DNA of 64,000 nt from Rhizodiscina lignyota (taxonomy: Eukaryota), in assembly GCA_010015805.1 (NCBI GenBank), contig ML978125.1:1488001-1552000 (forward strand), written 5' to 3'. Shown here in pieces: positions 61,372-64,000 of this stretch. Positions within the stretch are counted from its first letter, which is position 1. The number at the start of each line of letters is the position of its first letter. Under the pieces are notes generated by a model. The model ran no database searches and was not told the DNA's origin. It was given only the letters and a program-made list of their open reading frames with translations. Position numbers and translations under genes: made by a program.

Positions 61372-62295
61372 CTAAGCCATAACAGTATGAGACTCGTAAG
61401 AAACACCCCTCTGGTGGCTAGCAGACGCCGTAATCCCAACCTTGTCAAAATCAAGCTCGCGCATGTTCACAACCTCTTTCGCGCGGAAGATGCCAACAGC
61501 CTTGCGTCCATTCAAGATATTCCTCATCTGGCTGGGGTGCTTGAGGATGAAGATGAATACCACGCACACCATCAGGCCAGCGTCAAAGGCGTACAAGCAC
61601 CACTCGTGACTGAGACTGTAGCCGTCTTCGCCCTGGATGTACTCGACGACGCGGAAGACAGATCGGATCATGATGAGGATGCTGACCGTGTAGAGAGCGT
61701 AGATATGTGTGCGCCACGGGATGCGGTTGTACATCGAGCGCGGCGTGGGCCGACTGTGGAGTCGCGCGTGGAAGAGGATGGAGCAGAACATGAAGAAGCC
61801 GAAGAAGACGAGCTGCAGCACGAGGCCGCCGATGACGATGTATTTGCCGGTCTTCTGGGTATTGCCGTTCTTGCTTGTCAGCATTGAAGCACCGGTGGCC
61901 TGCGTCAGGAACGCGATGATGTCGCCGATGACAAAGATCTTTGTGAGGTAGCTCTCCCTGATCAGGCTGTGCTCTTCTGCATCGAGCACGAGGATGTAGT
62001 ACCCGAACGTCATATATATGCTGGCCGCGAACAAGATTGGTGGTACGAGGATTAAGAGCTCTTGAACAATGTATACCCCAAGGCTATAATCTGGAGACTG
62101 ATTGGCGGAGATCGTACGAGCCGCGAATCCACCGGTCTCGCAGAAGCAGCCGAGTAGAAGGGGGATCATGAACCATGATCGCGAGCGGAAGAGCTGGTAT
62201 GTATGATGGAGAGAGCTGTAGCCGAATAGGATGGCGAATATCAGTGCAGCCGCGACAGAGGGAGTGTATTGGTAGTATGACGAGTCGGAAGTCAT
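61372..62295 (-). CDS. RTA1-like (lipid-translocating exporter family) 7-TM protein
   Basis: YQYTPSVAAA, PILFAASIYMTFG, TKIFVIGDI, IRSVFRVVEY and HEWCLYAFDA. Confidence 0.9.
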   Translation of the reverse strand: MTSDSSYYQYTPSVAAALIFAILFGYSSLHHTYQLFRSRSWFMIPLLLGCFCETGGFAARTISANQSPDYSLGVYIVQELLILVPPILFAASIYMTFGYYILVLDAEEHSLIRESYLTKIFVIGDIIAFLTQATGASMLTSKNGNTQKTGKYIVIGGLVLQLVFFGFFMFCSILFHARLHSRPTPRSMYNRIPWRTHIYALYTVSILIMIRSVFRVVEYIQGEDGYSLSHEWCLYAFDAGLMVCVVFIFILKHPSQMRNILNGRKAVGIFRAKEVVNMRELDFDKVGITASASHQRGVSYESHTVMA

Positions 62296-62541
62296 GGTGA
62301 CAAGTCGGGTTTCGCCTGACGCCAATGAAGAGGAAGACTTGGAATGAAATTTAAAGGGGCTCAAATGTACGCCTTAAACGCTAGAATTGAGCAATTTAAT
62401 GAGTGAATTGACTGTTGAGATTGAGAGTGGAAGACTTGATGTGATTGCGTTTGAAGACTGATTGATGGCCATTGTGACTATGTTCGTCGAGGCCCCTATA
62501 TACCTACCTTCTTTCTGTACAGCCTCAAAATATCCAAGAAT

Positions 62542-62548
62542 TCGTATA
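62542..62548 (+). promoter_or_regulatory. Sterol-regulatory-element-like TCGTATA (Upc2/Ecm22-type site)
   Basis: Exact TCGTATA approx. 40 bp from a TATATA (62497-62502) in the RTA1/TF divergent promoter. Related TCGTAC at 62579 and 62764. Confidence 0.45.
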
Positions 62549-63039
62549 CCAAATCCTCAGGGGCTTGCGAGGCTCCCATCGTACCTGAACGACGAGCGTC
62601 GGAGGCTCTCCGCAAAATTCACTGTTCGGTGTCCGGAGGCGCTGTCGTGCTCGTTGTCGTCCGCAATTGCACCCAAATAGGAATAGTGTACGGCGAACGG
62701 ACCGCCTGAAAGCTCAGCCCTGCCGATGACAGCAACTTGCAGCGACTTAGCTATGCGACCGGATCGTACTCCTTTCCTACTTTGTCTTACGAAGCAACTG
62801 CTCGGAACAGCGACGCGTCTGGTTGGTTCCTCAATGCCTTGAACGTCGGCTTTTTTCAGAAATGCTTTCGTCAACCATTTCGTCTAAGCCGCCTTCCTCA
62901 GAGCGTACCTTTCAGTGATGAAGAGCTGGAGAAGCGGTCGAGTAGCGGTCGAAATGGTTGTCGGAAGTCTTAAAAAGCACTGCAATTGTCCAAAGAGTTG
63001 GCCCAAGCCAGTTCGAATTCGTCTATCAGTTTAGAGGAA

Positions 63040-64000
63040 ATGCCCTCGCGAAGACAACATACCAAAAGCCGTCACGGCTGCAACACATGTAAGCAGCGAA
63101 AGGTTCGCTGCGACCAGACCCGACCGATCTGCGAGAACTGCACGCGACTCAAAAGGGAGTGCAGCTACCCTGAGACAATTATATCGGGACCATACACGCA
63201 ATCTCATGAGCCATCGGCGGCATCTGCATCCTCGAGCAAGGATGCTGGCTTTGGGGATGTCTCGTCTATCACAGAAGAGAGCGCTCAGGACCTGGAACTC
63301 CTCCACCATTGGACAATGCATACGAGCAGCACCATGACCGACCACCCGGGAATGGAGGCGCTCTGGCGATCGAATGTGGTGGTGCATTCCTTCTCGCATA
63401 GATTCCTGCTGCACGGTCTCCTGGTGAGCAAACCCTGTTGCCTGAATTAGATCCATCTTGCAGTCCTTGCCCTGCCACTCCTGTAGAGTACTGTGGGAGT
63501 CTCCAAGTTTATGCACTTGTTCCGGCCACTGGAGTTGAAGGAGGGGCGATGCCCCCACCGAACTGTGTCAGATTAAGCGTTCAATAAGAGCGGAAAGCCC
63601 TCAAAGATCACTCGCTAATGCGTACGCATCACTTAGTCACTTGCTGCGCTGCACAAAGGCTATGAGGCTTATCCACCCGACCGAATCCGGTACACAGATC
63701 TAGCGAAGAAGCACCATGACCAGGCCTTGGCACAGTACATTCCACTACTGGGCTCCGTCAACGAATACAACTGCCACGCTCTCTTCGCACAATCCTCGCT
63801 CGTCGGCGGGATGTCCTTCGGGCTGATGCAGCTCTCGAACGACGACGAGTATGCGCCAGCAAATATCGTCCGGACCATGATCGGCTCGTTCGACTTGCTC
63901 CGAGGAGTCAGCGTCATGATTGAGCAAGGCCAAGAGTGGATCAAGCAGGGCGATCTGTCTCCGATGATTGGCCTTGAAAATCTGGAGACGATTCTTCAAA
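63040..64000 (+). CDS. Zn(II)2Cys6 transcription factor, Upc2/Ecm22-like type (runs off the window)
   Basis: RRQHTKSRHGCNTCKQRKVRCDQTRPICENCTRLKRECSY and DLELLHHW. Intron approx. 63424..63636 joins FLLHGLL to SLAALH. Confidence 0.88.

Overview
This is intron-containing DNA from a filamentous ascomycete (Pezizomycotina; Dothideomycetes is a guess). The ORF track breaks most genes at their introns, so I rebuilt gene models from GT/GC-AG boundaries, branch points and reading-frame continuity. I find about 28 protein-coding genes. Housekeeping genes include USB1, SNX4/ATG24, ADK2/AK3, SAS4 and a tubB-type alpha-tubulin. The main accessory features are: (1) an approximately 14 kb candidate phenolic meta-cleavage cluster at 39.6-53.9 kb, with a VOC extradiol dioxygenase, a TfdB-like flavin monooxygenase, a CYP619-like P450, an intracellular GH43 glycosidase, an FAH-family hydrolase and a Zn2Cys6 regulator; (2) a TpA-rich-bordered block at 16-27 kb, with a divergent pair of secreted proteins (one a HExxH/NAD metalloprotease the ORF track misses), a Fig1-like gene fragment and a NACHT-ankyrin-SPRY NLR-like gene; (3) a hydrolase / C2H2 regulator / hydrolase module at the left edge; (4) an RTA1 / Upc2-like regulator pair with a TCGTATA element at the right edge; (5) a 2.4 kb intergenic region with a degenerate array of telomere-repeat hairpins and a transition-diverged duplication. 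I recognised no tRNA, rRNA, CRISPR array or intact transposon. Family assignments come from motif recognition, not database searches.
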